The notes under the pieces: generated by a model
Told to the model about the DNA's origin: nothing
The model's input: the letters and a program-made list of their open reading frames with translations, nothing else
The model's database searches: none
Assembly: GCA_965224245.1 (NCBI GenBank)
Contig: OZ245046.1
Span: forward strand, 2,464,001-2,528,000
Direction of reading: 5' to 3'
Length of the DNA stretch: 64,000 bases
From: Candidatus Eiseniibacteriota bacterium
Lineage (GTDB): Bacteria; Eisenbacteria; RBG-16-71-46; CAZAMP01
In this document: in pieces, positions 48,195 through 58,199 of the stretch
Position numbering within the stretch: position 1 is the first letter of the stretch
Layout of the letters: the number at the start of each line of letters is the position of its first letter
Translations under genes and position numbers: made by a program

Positions 48195-48222
48195 AAAAGG
48201 CCCCGTCCGGATGGACGGGGCC
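48195..48222 (-). terminator. Rho-independent terminator downstream of the histone-like gene
   Basis: 10-bp stem GGCCCCGTCC/GGACGGGGCC with 4-nt loop, followed by TTTT on the minus strand. Confidence 0.7.
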
Positions 48223-48345
48223 CGTGCCTGGAAGCGACCAGTCCTAGCGAGTAGGCCGGCGTTTCCAATCATGCGCCTGGTCTCGGGGAGACCGCGTCTC
48301 CCGCGAAGCCGACCCGCCCGCAGGCGGGGTCACGATCGGGGTGAC

Positions 48346-48768
48346 CTACCCCTTCTTCGTGGTCTTGCGCTTGGCGGTCTTGCGCTTGGCCGTCTTGCGC
48401 TTGGCCGTCTTGCGCTTGGCGGTCTTGCGCTTCGCCGTCTTGCGCTTGGCCTTCTTCTTCGCGGTCTTCTTCTTGGCCTTCTTCTTGGCGGTCTTGCGCT
48501 TGGCCTTCTTCTTCGCGGTCTTCTTCTTGGCCTTCCTCTTGGCGGTCTTGCGCTTGGCGGTCTTGCGCTTGGCCTTCTTCTTCGCGGTCTTCTTCTTGGC
48601 CTTTCTCTTGGCGGTCTTGCGCTTCGCCGTCTTGCGCTTGGCCTTCTTCCGGGTGGCTTTCTTCTTGGTCGCTTTCTTCTTGGTGGCCTTCTTCCGGGTG
48701 GCTTTCTTGCGCTTGGCCTTCTTCTTCGTGGCCTTCTTCCGAGTCACTCGCTTCTTGGCTGTGGCCAT
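48346..48768 (-). CDS. Histone H1-like, Lys/Arg/Ala/Thr-rich basic nucleoid protein
   Basis: 140 aa made of KKATK/KRKTA pentapeptide repeats (15-bp DNA repeats); GGAGG RBS. Confidence 0.9.
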   Translation of the reverse strand: MATAKKRVTRKKATKKKAKRKKATRKKATKKKATKKKATRKKAKRKTAKRKTAKRKAKKKTAKKKAKRKTAKRKTAKRKAKKKTAKKKAKRKTAKKKAKKKTAKKKAKRKTAKRKTAKRKTAKRKTAKRKTAKRKTTKKG

Positions 48769-48818
48769 TACCGCCGTCCCTCCGCGTTTGGGCCTCTTCC
48801 CGACGTCATGTCAGGATT

Positions 48819-49184
48819 TCACTTGCCGACGATGTCGGCGACTTCACTCAAGAATCCATCGAGGTCGAACGGCTTCTTCACGTAGCCATCCACCCCGAGC
48901 TCCTGCAGCTCGGCCTCGAGACCGTTCCGTCCGTAGGCCGTCATCATCATCACGCGCAACGGCAGCGCCTCACGCCGGATCCGGCGCAGCACGTCCACGC
49001 CCGATCGCCCCGGAAGGCGATTGTCGAGTACGACGAGATCGAAGTCGTTTCGTGGAAACAGCAACGTCTCGGCAGTCTCCGCGTCCGATGCGGCCTCCGC
49101 GTCGTACCCCTGATCGCGCAGGACATCGGTCAGCGTCTTCAGGAGGAGTCGCTCGTCTTCGACGATGAGCACTTTCTTGGGCAC
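48819..49184 (-). CDS. Single-domain response regulator (receiver)
   Basis: VLIVEDE, DLVVLDNRLP, MMTAYG and YVKKPF motifs. Confidence 0.93.
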   Translation of the reverse strand: MPKKVLIVEDERLLLKTLTDVLRDQGYDAEAASDAETAETLLFPRNDFDLVVLDNRLPGRSGVDVLRRIRREALPLRVMMMTAYGRNGLEAELQELGVDGYVKKPFDLDGFLSEVADIVGK

Positions 49185-49225
49185 GCGCGACCACCTCCGC
49201 TGCAGTTGATGTAGCCCGATTCATT

Positions 49226-49400
49226 ATCAAGAAGCGTTCCACTCACCGCGAAGACGCCGGCCACATCACTATTCTTCGTCAAATCAAGGAGTTACATTGA
49301 GGACCGCGCGTGTTTGTGGAGCAGATGTGCTCGTGCGACGTGTCAACGTGAGTGACACCCTGGCGCGATGGCTCGCGATCACCTGTCAATCAATGTGACA
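49226..49400 (-). promoter_or_regulatory. Sigma-54 promoter with IHF site and paired enhancer palindromes
   Basis: Minus-strand TGGAACGCTTCTTGAT (49241-49226); IHF consensus AATCAAGGAGTTA (49282-49294); two TGTCA-N7-TGACA palindromes (49341-49357, 49384-49400). Confidence 0.75.
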
Positions 49401-49430
49401 GTTCGGACGGCGGGGATCGGAACGGACCGA

Positions 49431-50831
49431 TCAGCGCGTGGCGGGCTCGGTCGCCACGTCGGCGTCGATCGTCTTGAGGCGCGTGATCAGATGCTGGCGC
49501 GACACGTCGAGCACGCGAGCGGCCTGGCTGCGATTCCCGTCGCACGCGTGGAGCACGCGAAGGATGTGCTGGTCGGCGGCCTCGCGCAGCGACATCTCCG
49601 GCGTGACCGAGCGCGGCGAGGGCAGCCCGCCGGCGCGCCGGAGAAGCTCGGGGAACTCGGACTGAAGCTCGTCGGGCAGATGGCGGATCTCCAGCCGATC
49701 GCCGTCCTCGAGCAGGACCACGCGCTCGAGGAGGTTCTTCAGCTCACGGACGTTGCCCGACCAGCGATGGCGCCGGAAGAGCTCGTCCACCTCGGAAGAG
49801 ATGTCGGTGAACCGCTTCTTGAAGCGGGCCGAGAACGTGGCCAGGTAGTGCCGCGCCAGCTCTCCGATGTCGTTGCCCCGCTCCCGGAGCGGCGGCAGCG
49901 TCAGCGCGACCACCTTCAGGCGGTAGTAGAGGTCCTTCCGGAAGCGCCCGTCAGCCACGAGCTCCTCCAGTCGCGCGTTGGTCGCGGTGACGATCCGGAG
50001 GTCCACCTCGATGTCGGAGCTCCCCCCGACCCGGCGATAGGCCCGATCGTCGATGAACCGGAGCAGCTTGGCCTGCGTGACCAGCGGCATCTCGCCCACC
50101 TCGTCGAGGAACAGCGTCCCGCCGTTGCAGAGCTCCACGAGCCCGCGCTTGAGGCGCGTGGCCCCGGTGAAGGCCCCTTTCTCGTGCCCGAAGAGCTCGT
50201 TCTCGAGCAGCGCCTCCTGAAACGACGAGCAGTTGATCTCGACGATGGGACCGTCGCGGCGCGAGGAGAGATGGTGAACGGCACGCGCGAAGAGCTCCTT
50301 CCCGGTGCCGCTCTCGCCCTGGATCAGCACCGTCGTCGAGTCGCTCTCGGCCACCTTGGTCACGGTGTCCCAGAGGCGCCGCATGGTCTCGGAGCTGCCC
50401 ACGATGTCGTCGGGCCGGAACGTCTTGCGACTGGCCGACTCGTAGAGGTCGAGCTTCCGGTCGCGCTCGAGGTTCTGCGCCGCGTTCCGCACGACGTGGA
50501 GAATCTCCTCCAGCTCGTAGGGCTTCCGCAGGAAGTCGGCCGCGCCGAGCTTCATGGCCTGGACCGCCTTCCCCACGTCCCCGTGGGCGGTGATCATGAT
50601 CACGCGCAGGAAGGGGTCCTCCGCGCGGAGCTCCTGGAGGAGATCGAGCCCGTCCGCGTCGGGCAGACGCAGATCCAGCACCACGAGGTCCGGCGCGCGC
50701 CGCGCGACGATCTCCAGCGCCTCGGCCCGCGACCCGGCCAGGTCCACCTCGAAGCCGTGGTCCACCAGAACCGACTGCAGGGACTTCCGGATCAGGGCCT
50801 CGTCGTCGATCACGAGGATTCGCGCTCTCAC
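49431..50831 (-). CDS. Sigma-54-dependent NtrC/AtoC-family response regulator
   Basis: Receiver domain, [31 protein letters not shown] and a Fis-type HTH. Confidence 0.96.
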   Translation of the reverse strand: MRARILVIDDEALIRKSLQSVLVDHGFEVDLAGSRAEALEIVARRAPDLVVLDLRLPDADGLDLLQELRAEDPFLRVIMITAHGDVGKAVQAMKLGAADFLRKPYELEEILHVVRNAAQNLERDRKLDLYESASRKTFRPDDIVGSSETMRRLWDTVTKVAESDSTTVLIQGESGTGKELFARAVHHLSSRRDGPIVEINCSSFQEALLENELFGHEKGAFTGATRLKRGLVELCNGGTLFLDEVGEMPLVTQAKLLRFIDDRAYRRVGGSSDIEVDLRIVTATNARLEELVADGRFRKDLYYRLKVVALTLPPLRERGNDIGELARHYLATFSARFKKRFTDISSEVDELFRRHRWSGNVRELKNLLERVVLLEDGDRLEIRHLPDELQSEFPELLRRAGGLPSPRSVTPEMSLREAADQHILRVLHACDGNRSQAARVLDVSRQHLITRLKTIDADVATEPATR

Positions 50832-50844
50832 TGGCCGCCCTCCG

Positions 50845-51993
50845 TCACGCCTCGAACCCCTCGGGGACCGGGAACTGAAGCTTGAAGATGGTGCCGCCCT
50901 GCGGGCGATTGCGCACGTGGATCGTGCCGCCGTGGTCCTTCATGATCTGCAGCGACAGCGGCAGCCCCAGCCCCGTGCCCATGCTCTTCATGGTGAAGAA
51001 CGGGTCGAAGATGCGGTCCTTGGCCTCGGGCGGGATCCCGCATCCGGTGTCGCTGAAGGACACCTCGACCGTCGGACGCTTCACGCGGTATCGCCGGAGC
51101 GCGCTGGACACGCGCAGGATGGTCTCGCTGTCACCGTCAACGTCGGCCAGCGCGTCGATGGCGTTGATCAGCATGTTCGAGAACACCTGGAGCGTCGTGG
51201 CCTCGTCCACCTCGACCCGGGGCAGGTCCCCCGCGAGCTCCTTGCGCAGCGTCACGCGGGTGTCCGCGAGGCGGCGCGAGACGCGGTCCAGGCTCGTCTC
51301 CAGGAGCGAGTTGATGTCGATCAGGTTGCGCGTCCCGCCGGGAGGCCGCGCCAGCACCAGCAGGTCGGTGATGATCTTCTCGATGCGGTCGAGCTCGGAG
51401 ATGACGTCTCCCACGCTCCCCCGGAGGGGATGATCGGGGTCGAGCTTGGTCTCCAGGAACTGGATCGTGGTGCGGATGCCCGTGAGCGGGTTCCGGATCT
51501 CGTGGGCCACGACGGCGGAGAGCTCACCCAGGTGGGCGAGCCGCTCGGCGGTGCGGCGGAACTCCTCTTCCTCGGCGGTATCGGAGATGTCGCGGAACGT
51601 CACCACCGCCCCGATCGAACGTCCCCGTCGATCCTCGAGGACCCGGGCGCTCGACTCCACGACGACCTCCTTGTCGCCGATCCTCAGCGCGACCTCGCGC
51701 ATGCGGCTCGGATCTCCGACCCGATCCTCGCCGCTGGGAGAGAGCCAGTCGGCGTCGTCGGTCTCGACCACGTCGGACAGACGCCGGCCCCGCACGTCCT
51801 CCAGCGTGACGTCGAGGACGTCGGCCGCGACCTGGTTCAGGAACAGGACGGTGCCGCCGGGGTCCAGGGCCAGAAGGCCGGTGTCGAGGTTGTCGAGAAC
51901 GAGGTGACCGAGGTCCTCCGCGGCCGGCTTCTTCGGGGCGGGCTCGGCCGCGGCGGGGGTCGTCATCGTGGCCGGAACGTCTCCCTGTTCCAT
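50845..51993 (-). CDS. Cytoplasmic PAS sensor histidine kinase
   Basis: PAS domain; VAHEIRNPL H-box; NMLINAIDA, DTGCGI, FDPFFT and GTGLGL; no transmembrane segment. Confidence 0.95.
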   Translation of the reverse strand: MEQGDVPATMTTPAAAEPAPKKPAAEDLGHLVLDNLDTGLLALDPGGTVLFLNQVAADVLDVTLEDVRGRRLSDVVETDDADWLSPSGEDRVGDPSRMREVALRIGDKEVVVESSARVLEDRRGRSIGAVVTFRDISDTAEEEEFRRTAERLAHLGELSAVVAHEIRNPLTGIRTTIQFLETKLDPDHPLRGSVGDVISELDRIEKIITDLLVLARPPGGTRNLIDINSLLETSLDRVSRRLADTRVTLRKELAGDLPRVEVDEATTLQVFSNMLINAIDALADVDGDSETILRVSSALRRYRVKRPTVEVSFSDTGCGIPPEAKDRIFDPFFTMKSMGTGLGLPLSLQIMKDHGGTIHVRNRPQGGTIFKLQFPVPEGFEA

Positions 51994-52048
51994 GCCGTCG
52001 GGCTCTCCTCCGGTGGCGGCAGCCGGACACCCCATCGCGGGGCGCGGG

Positions 52049-52456
52049 TCAGGAGGCGGTCACCGGGCGCGTCGCGATCGCGAGCCTGGCCGCCCCCAGA
52101 CGCTTGGCGATGTCCATGACCTCGATCGTGCGTCCGAGTGAGACGCTCTCGTCTCCGCGCACGACGACGGCACGGTCGGGGTCGGACTCGAGCGCCTCGG
52201 CCAGCTTTCCCTGCAGCTCCGCCATCGTGACGCGGTCCTCGTTCACGAGGACCCGTCCATCCTTCTCCAGCGTGATCACGATCGGATGCTGGTCGAGCGT
52301 CTCGGGATTCGACTCCTTGGGCAAGCTGACCTTCGTACCAACTTGCATGATGAACGACGAGGAGAGCAAGAAGAAGATCAAAAGCAGGAAGATGATGTCG
52401 GCCATCGCCGTCGACTCGAAGCTCATCAGCAGCTTTCGCTGCTTCTTGAACTTCAT
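52049..52456 (-). CDS. exbD: ExbD/TolR biopolymer transport protein
   Basis: MADIIFLLLIFFLL transmembrane segment with conserved Asp; VVRGD...VMD motif. Confidence 0.92.
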   Translation of the reverse strand: MKFKKQRKLLMSFESTAMADIIFLLLIFFLLSSSFIMQVGTKVSLPKESNPETLDQHPIVITLEKDGRVLVNEDRVTMAELQGKLAEALESDPDRAVVVRGDESVSLGRTIEVMDIAKRLGAARLAIATRPVTAS

Positions 52457-53127
52457 CGAACGGTACCGTGCGCGCGCCGGCGAGTCGCCTCGGGATCGTG
52501 CGCGCCGGTGCCGTGTGCCGCGTCGCGCGTGAAGAGGGACTCGATCACGCGCTCGGACGCCATCTCCATCTGGTGCGTGATGGCCTGGATGCGCCCGACG
52601 ATGATGTTGTGCGCGAAGTACGTGAACACGCCGACCGACAGCCCGGCGGCCGTGGTCAAGAGCGCCTCCCAGATGCCGCCGGCCAGCACGCTGGCGTCGA
52701 CGTTGCCCCCGAGCTTCTCGATGGACTGGAACGCCTGGATCATCCCGAGCACCGTCCCCAGGAAGCCGAGCAGCGGCGCCCCTCCCACGATCGTGGCCAG
52801 GACGGCCACGTTGCGCTCGAGCCGGTTGGTCTCGGTCTCGCCCGCGCCCTCGATCGCGCGCCGGACCTCGGCCTCGCCGCCGGACACGTGCGAGAGCCCC
52901 GCCAGGACGACGCCCGAGAGCGGATGACCGCTGCGCTCGCAGACGTGGATGGCCTCGGTCAGATCACCCGAGGCGACCGCGTCGCGCACCTCCCGCTCGA
53001 GGCGATCGGCGCCCCGAGACGCCTTCCGGAGCTGCGTCACGCGCTCGAGGATGATCGCGACCGACACGACGGAGCACAGAAAGATGGGGTACATCAGGAA
53101 CCCACCCTTCGACAGCAGCTCGAGCAA
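52453..53127 (-). CDS. exbB: ExbB/TolQ/MotA proton-channel protein
   Basis: APLLGFLGTVLGMI and GIWEALLTTAAGL motifs. Confidence 0.93.
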   Translation of the reverse strand: MLELLSKGGFLMYPIFLCSVVSVAIILERVTQLRKASRGADRLEREVRDAVASGDLTEAIHVCERSGHPLSGVVLAGLSHVSGGEAEVRRAIEGAGETETNRLERNVAVLATIVGGAPLLGFLGTVLGMIQAFQSIEKLGGNVDASVLAGGIWEALLTTAAGLSVGVFTYFAHNIIVGRIQAITHQMEMASERVIESLFTRDAAHGTGAHDPEATRRRAHGTVR

Positions 53128-53221
53128 GATGCCTCCCTGTTTCGCGACGGCCCGCTCTGCGTGGCCGGCGCGCGAAGCGGCCGGACGCGGGAGCGCAGCC
53201 CGATTCGATCACGACGTCGAT

Positions 53222-54859
53222 CTAGAACGCGTAGCGGAACCCGGCATGCACCGATCGCCCCTCCGCGAGGTACTCCCCGTACTCCCGATACGACCGGTCG
53301 GCGAGGTTGCGGCCCTCGATGGTGACCTCCCAGGGCGCGCCCACCCGGAACTCGGCGATCGCTCCCAGGGTCCAGCCTCCCGCCAGGCGTCCCTCGTCGG
53401 TGCTCCCCCAGCGGTCGCCGAGGAACGTGGCGGTCACTCCGGCCGTGCCGCGGCCTCTCCGGTACTGGAGCCCCACGTCGGCTGCGTGCGTGGCAACGTA
53501 CGCGATCCGGGCGCCCTCGATCCACGTCAACGTGTAGTGGGATTCGACGGCGAACCCCCGCGGGAGCTGCCAGGTGGCGTGGCCGGATGCCTCGAGCACG
53601 TACCGGAGCCCCAGGTTCGTCAGCGCGTAGCGTCCCGGCTCGCTCGCCTCGAGGTGCAGGTAGCCGCGCGATCGCCGGAGCGAGGCGCTTCCGTCCAGCG
53701 AGAGCTCGCCGTTCGGCCAGAGCTCGCCACCGGCCTCGAGACCGATGATCGAGCGCTCCGGCGCCTGCCCCACGACCCCGGCCGCGAACGGCGTGTCCTC
53801 GAAGTGGCCCAGGAGATCGGGTGCCACGAACACCGGGGCGATCCCGAACCAGACGCGACCGGCGGGGTAGACCTCGCGCGCCAGGCGCAGCCTCGGACCG
53901 ATGACGTCGTGCGTCCCCAGCCGGTGCAAGGCCACTCCCCCGATCACGCTCCAGCCGGAGTCGTGCCGCATGCGGATGGTGGCTTCGGCGTCGACACGCC
54001 CCCGCGTGTCGCCGTCGCCCGCGGGATCCTCCTCGTCGAGTACGCCGGTGTTCACGTCGACGCTGGCGTTCCACATCCGGACCCCGAGCGGAACGTCCAG
54101 GTGCACGCCCGCCCTCGCGTCGAACACGGTCTGCTCGCGCGCGCCGTCGACCTCTCGAAACGAGCCCCGGTCGGCCTGGCCGGTGAGCCCCAGGACGAAC
54201 CCGCCGCCTTCGATGCGGTACGCGAGCTCGCTGCTCCAGCGACCGAACGTCTGCTGTCGATGGGCCTCCACCAGATCCGCCGTGCGCTCGCCTCCCACCG
54301 GGAGATCGGTCTCACGCGAGCGCCGTCCGACCTCGACCCGGAAGGCCGATCCCCCGGTGGGCGCCATGGCCGCGCCGACCGCCAGGTCGAGGCGGCTCCA
54401 TCCCGAGTCGGAGAGGTGACCGTCCGAGGCCTCGCCGCCCAGCCGCCCGAACAGCCCTCCGGTCTCCAGCTGCTGCGTGACGTCGAAGCCCGCGGCGAAC
54501 GTGCCGTATCCACCGCCGCGCAGGCTCCCGCGCACCGCCAGCTCGTCGGGAATCGCCGGTGCGTAGACCTCGTCGTAGCGCATGCGCGTGGCCTCGTCGC
54601 CGACGCGCACGTCGACCGGGGAGCCGATCTCGGGCACGGCGAGCGGGATCGGATCGCTGGCCACCGCACGCGCGTCCTCGGGATCTCCCACGCCGAGGAG
54701 CGCCTCGTCGATGTCCTCGATGCCGACCTCCGGCAGCGCCAGGTCCGGCTTCGCGTCCTCGAGATCCTGACCCGGGGCGGCGTCCGGCCGGATGAGCGCG
54801 GTCGCCGCGAAGACGATCAGCGCGACGGGTCGCCGGTGGGCTGTTCCTCGAAAATCCAC
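53222..54859 (-). CDS. TonB-dependent-receptor-like outer-membrane barrel
   Basis: Signal peptide; C-terminal GRNLADRSY...GRSVHAGFRYAF typical of TBDR ends; short for a full receptor. Confidence 0.75.
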   Translation of the reverse strand: MDFRGTAHRRPVALIVFAATALIRPDAAPGQDLEDAKPDLALPEVGIEDIDEALLGVGDPEDARAVASDPIPLAVPEIGSPVDVRVGDEATRMRYDEVYAPAIPDELAVRGSLRGGGYGTFAAGFDVTQQLETGGLFGRLGGEASDGHLSDSGWSRLDLAVGAAMAPTGGSAFRVEVGRRSRETDLPVGGERTADLVEAHRQQTFGRWSSELAYRIEGGGFVLGLTGQADRGSFREVDGAREQTVFDARAGVHLDVPLGVRMWNASVDVNTGVLDEEDPAGDGDTRGRVDAEATIRMRHDSGWSVIGGVALHRLGTHDVIGPRLRLAREVYPAGRVWFGIAPVFVAPDLLGHFEDTPFAAGVVGQAPERSIIGLEAGGELWPNGELSLDGSASLRRSRGYLHLEASEPGRYALTNLGLRYVLEASGHATWQLPRGFAVESHYTLTWIEGARIAYVATHAADVGLQYRRGRGTAGVTATFLGDRWGSTDEGRLAGGWTLGAIAEFRVGAPWEVTIEGRNLADRSYREYGEYLAEGRSVHAGFRYAF

Positions 54860-57800
54860 GGGTTCTCCTTGATCCAGTCGAGGCGGCGCTGCGCGTCCTC
54901 GGTCCACGACGCGTCTCCGCTCGCCTCGACGATGTGCTGATACTGATCCTCGGCGTCGCGCCAGCGGCTGAGACGCTCGAAGGCCTCCGCCATCCGGTAG
55001 CGCGCGGAGATTCGCCACTCCTGCTGGTCGGCGAACTGCTCCACGACGCGTCGATACCCGCCGATGGCATCTTCGTACCGCTCGGAGTCGAAGTCGAGAT
55101 CGGCGACCCAGTACTGCGCCTCCGCACCGACGGCGCCCGTTCCCAGCTCGGCGGCGCGACTCAGGTGGCGCTTCGCGCGCTGGAGATCGCCCCGGTCACG
55201 GGCGATGAGACCGGCCTCCAAGAGCGCGTCGGCCCGCACGGCCGCCTCGGCCGACGTGGCCTTGCCCACCGACTCGAACGCGTCGAGCGCCTTGTCGGTC
55301 TGGCCGGTCTCCTTGAACGCCAGCCCCAGGTTGAACAGGGCGGTGACGCGCGTCTTCTCGTCGGGCTTCAGCCGCACGACGCGTTCGAACTCGTCGCGAG
55401 CCAGATCGTATTTGCCCAGCTCGTAGAAGAGACGTCCGGCCTCGAAGCGGAAGTCGATGCCGTCCTGCACGTCGCCGTGATGGGCCGCATTGCGATAGAA
55501 CTCGGCCGCGCGCAGCTGGTCGCCCAGCTCCAGCGACGCCAGCGCGCACCGGTGGTTGGCGTCGACGACGTAGGTGTCGGGCGTGCCGGCCTTCAGGTAC
55601 CGGCGCAGGGCCTCGATGCCTTCGCGCCAGCGACCGGCCTCCAGATGCTCCACCCCGATCCGATACATCGTCTCGCCGCTGGCCGCGGCCTCGGGTACCA
55701 CCTCGGCGTGCTCGCTCGCGGCGGTCACCGCGGCGTCGGTCTTCCCCGCGGCCTCGAGGCTTCTGACGCGCCCCGCGTAGGCGGCGTCCCGAACGTCCTT
55801 CGGGTAGATGCTGGCGGTCAGCGGCTCGTACGTGGCGGCGGCGTCCTGGAACTGACCGAGCGCGTACTGACACTGCCCCAGCTGGAGCCGCGCCCGCGTG
55901 CGCACCGAGTCGGGGGTGTCGGTGCGGGCCAGCACCCGCTCGACGCGCAGGCTCGCGTCGGCGTAGCGCCCCTCGTCGTGGAGCAACGCCGCCGCTCGCG
56001 TCAGCGCGTACGGCACCTCCGGGCTCTCGGGGTAGCGCCGGGTGATCTCGTCGTAGCGCGCGCGCGCGTCGGCGACGTTGCCCGTGCGCTCGAGCGCCGA
56101 CGCGAGCTGGACCAGCGCTCGCTCGGCCAGACGGCTCTGCGGGTAGCGAGCGAGGAGGGCGCCGAGATCGCGAGCGGCCAGATCGACCCGGTCGAGGCGC
56201 AGCTGGCACATCGCCCGGCGAAACAGGAGGTCATCCTCGCGCCCGGTGTCTCGGAAGCGATCGAGCAGGTCGGTGAAGCGCTCGGACGCGTCCTCGAAGC
56301 GACCCTGGCGGTAGTCGCACCACCCCTCGCCGTACAGCGCGTCGGCGGCGCGTGGGCCGTCGGGATCGGCGATGCGGATCGCGCGATAGCTCTCGCGGGC
56401 CTCGTCGAAGCGCTCCTGCCGGTAGAGCGACTCGGCCAGCCAGAACCGCGCGTCGGCCCGGTGCGGACTGTCGGGATACCGGAGGATCAGCTCGCGAAAG
56501 GACTCCTCGGCCTCGGCGAACTGGCCGAGCTTGTACGCGCTGACCGCGAGCCGGAAGAGAACGTCGGCCCGGTCGCCGTCGCCGCTGGAGCGGGTCAATC
56601 GCGCGCGGTACGCGGCCGCGGCGTCGTCGAAGCGCTCGGACAGGAACAGGTTCTCGCCCCCCACGAGGCTCGCCTCTGCCACGAGCGGCGACTCGGGATA
56701 CAGCCGCGTCAGCTCGTCGATCAGCGTCTGTGACCGCTCGTAGTCCCCCAGCCGGTGATACGTGTACGCCAGCGCGTATCGGGCCTCGTCACCGAACGGC
56801 GTGTCGCGGCGACCGCGCACGCGCTCGAGGGGACCGACCGCGTCCTGGAGGCGATCCAGGCGCAACATCGCCACGCCGGTCGCGTACGCGGTGGCCGTGC
56901 GCAGCGAGTCGGACACGCCGGTCATCGACGAGAGCTCGGTGAACCGGCCGAGCGCCTTCTCGTAGTCGCCCGCGGCCATCTCGGCCCAGCCGATCTGATA
57001 CGTGAGCGTGGCCCGCTCGCTCCCCTCGGCGGACGCGAGCACGCGCTCCAGGCGCGGGAGCGCATCGACCTCGTGGCCGAGCGCGAACAGGCTCTGCGCG
57101 ACCATCAGCTCGCCCCGGGGGTCCAGCGCCGCGATGTCGTCCTGGAGCCACTCCAGCGCCTCGGCGTGCCGTCCCAGCCGATAGCACGAGGCCCCGGCCT
57201 CGAATCGTGCACGTCCGGCGACGTCGGGGTCGGTGCCGGCGGCGGCGATGCGGAAGTCTTCCAGCGCCTGCTCCTCGCGGCCGAGCGCACGCGCGCACCA
57301 CCCGTGTCCGAAGTGCGCGCGCTGGCGCACGTCGGCCGAGCCCACCCGGAGGAGCGACTCGTACAGCCCCAGCGCCCGGGTGCAATCACCCTGACGGGCC
57401 AGCGCCTCGGCGCGGAGCCACCGGGCCCGCGCGACGCGGGGGTCCAGAGGGGCCTGCGTGTAGAAGCGGCCGAACGCGAGCTGCGCGCCGGCGTAGTCAC
57501 CCGACTCGTAGAGAACCTCGCCACGCAGGAAGAGCGCGTCCAGCGTGACCGCGAGCGGACCGTCCAGGCGCTCGATGACGTCGAGATCCGCGAGGACGCG
57601 CGCATCGTCGCCCCGGGAGCGCCAGATGCGCGCGCGCATGAGCCGCGCGGTGGCTTCGTCGTCGGCGCTCTGCGTCTCGCTGATGAAGAGATCCAGCTCG
57701 GCCGCCGCCATCCGCCAGCTGCCGCGGTCCATCGACTCGCGGATGCGCTCGAGGGGCGCGCTGGACGCGTGCGCCGTGGCGGCCAGGCACACGGCGACGC

Positions 57801-57903
57801 ACACGCCGAGGACGGCGACGAGGACGGCGGCGGTCGCCGGGCCGGCGTGCGCGCGACCGGGCGCGACGCGCGTCGGGGTGCGCGTCATCAAAGAGACGAA
57901 CAC
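54817..57903 (-). CDS. Large exported tetratricopeptide-repeat protein
   Basis: Signal peptide followed by many TPRs (YPxS...A.F..A/G motifs); 1028 aa. Confidence 0.92.
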   Translation of the reverse strand: MFVSLMTRTPTRVAPGRAHAGPATAAVLVAVLGVCVAVCLAATAHASSAPLERIRESMDRGSWRMAAAELDLFISETQSADDEATARLMRARIWRSRGDDARVLADLDVIERLDGPLAVTLDALFLRGEVLYESGDYAGAQLAFGRFYTQAPLDPRVARARWLRAEALARQGDCTRALGLYESLLRVGSADVRQRAHFGHGWCARALGREEQALEDFRIAAAGTDPDVAGRARFEAGASCYRLGRHAEALEWLQDDIAALDPRGELMVAQSLFALGHEVDALPRLERVLASAEGSERATLTYQIGWAEMAAGDYEKALGRFTELSSMTGVSDSLRTATAYATGVAMLRLDRLQDAVGPLERVRGRRDTPFGDEARYALAYTYHRLGDYERSQTLIDELTRLYPESPLVAEASLVGGENLFLSERFDDAAAAYRARLTRSSGDGDRADVLFRLAVSAYKLGQFAEAEESFRELILRYPDSPHRADARFWLAESLYRQERFDEARESYRAIRIADPDGPRAADALYGEGWCDYRQGRFEDASERFTDLLDRFRDTGREDDLLFRRAMCQLRLDRVDLAARDLGALLARYPQSRLAERALVQLASALERTGNVADARARYDEITRRYPESPEVPYALTRAAALLHDEGRYADASLRVERVLARTDTPDSVRTRARLQLGQCQYALGQFQDAAATYEPLTASIYPKDVRDAAYAGRVRSLEAAGKTDAAVTAASEHAEVVPEAAASGETMYRIGVEHLEAGRWREGIEALRRYLKAGTPDTYVVDANHRCALASLELGDQLRAAEFYRNAAHHGDVQDGIDFRFEAGRLFYELGKYDLARDEFERVVRLKPDEKTRVTALFNLGLAFKETGQTDKALDAFESVGKATSAEAAVRADALLEAGLIARDRGDLQRAKRHLSRAAELGTGAVGAEAQYWVADLDFDSERYEDAIGGYRRVVEQFADQQEWRISARYRMAEAFERLSRWRDAEDQYQHIVEASGDASWTEDAQRRLDWIKENPWIFEEQPTGDPSR

Positions 57904-58199
57904 GGTTGTCTTCCTCTGCTACACGGCCGCGCGATCGGGCCGAGATCACGCGCTACGCTCACGCGGAGGTCTCGTGCAGGGCTGGCTGCCGCGCAATCTA
58001 TCACAGCGTTTCCGGCATTTCTACGCTCGTTGACCGACGCATGTTCCGTTGCTAGGGTGCGTTGCGCCGCTTCTCGCAGGATCGTCGCTCACCGCGACGC
58101 GTGCGTCGCGCGCGGCGCTCACGACACGTGCACCGTTCGCCTGGGACATACGCGGTCGTGCAAACGTCACCTCGGATCGGTCGGAGGTCAACGAACGGC

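Noticed and set aside
48346-48768. 15-bp tandem repeats as a CRISPR array
   Set aside because: These are coding pentapeptide repeats with no unique spacers and no cas genes.
48341-49168. Plus-strand hydrophobic ORF (VLRLA repeats)
   Set aside because: Antisense shadow of the Lys-rich histone-like gene.
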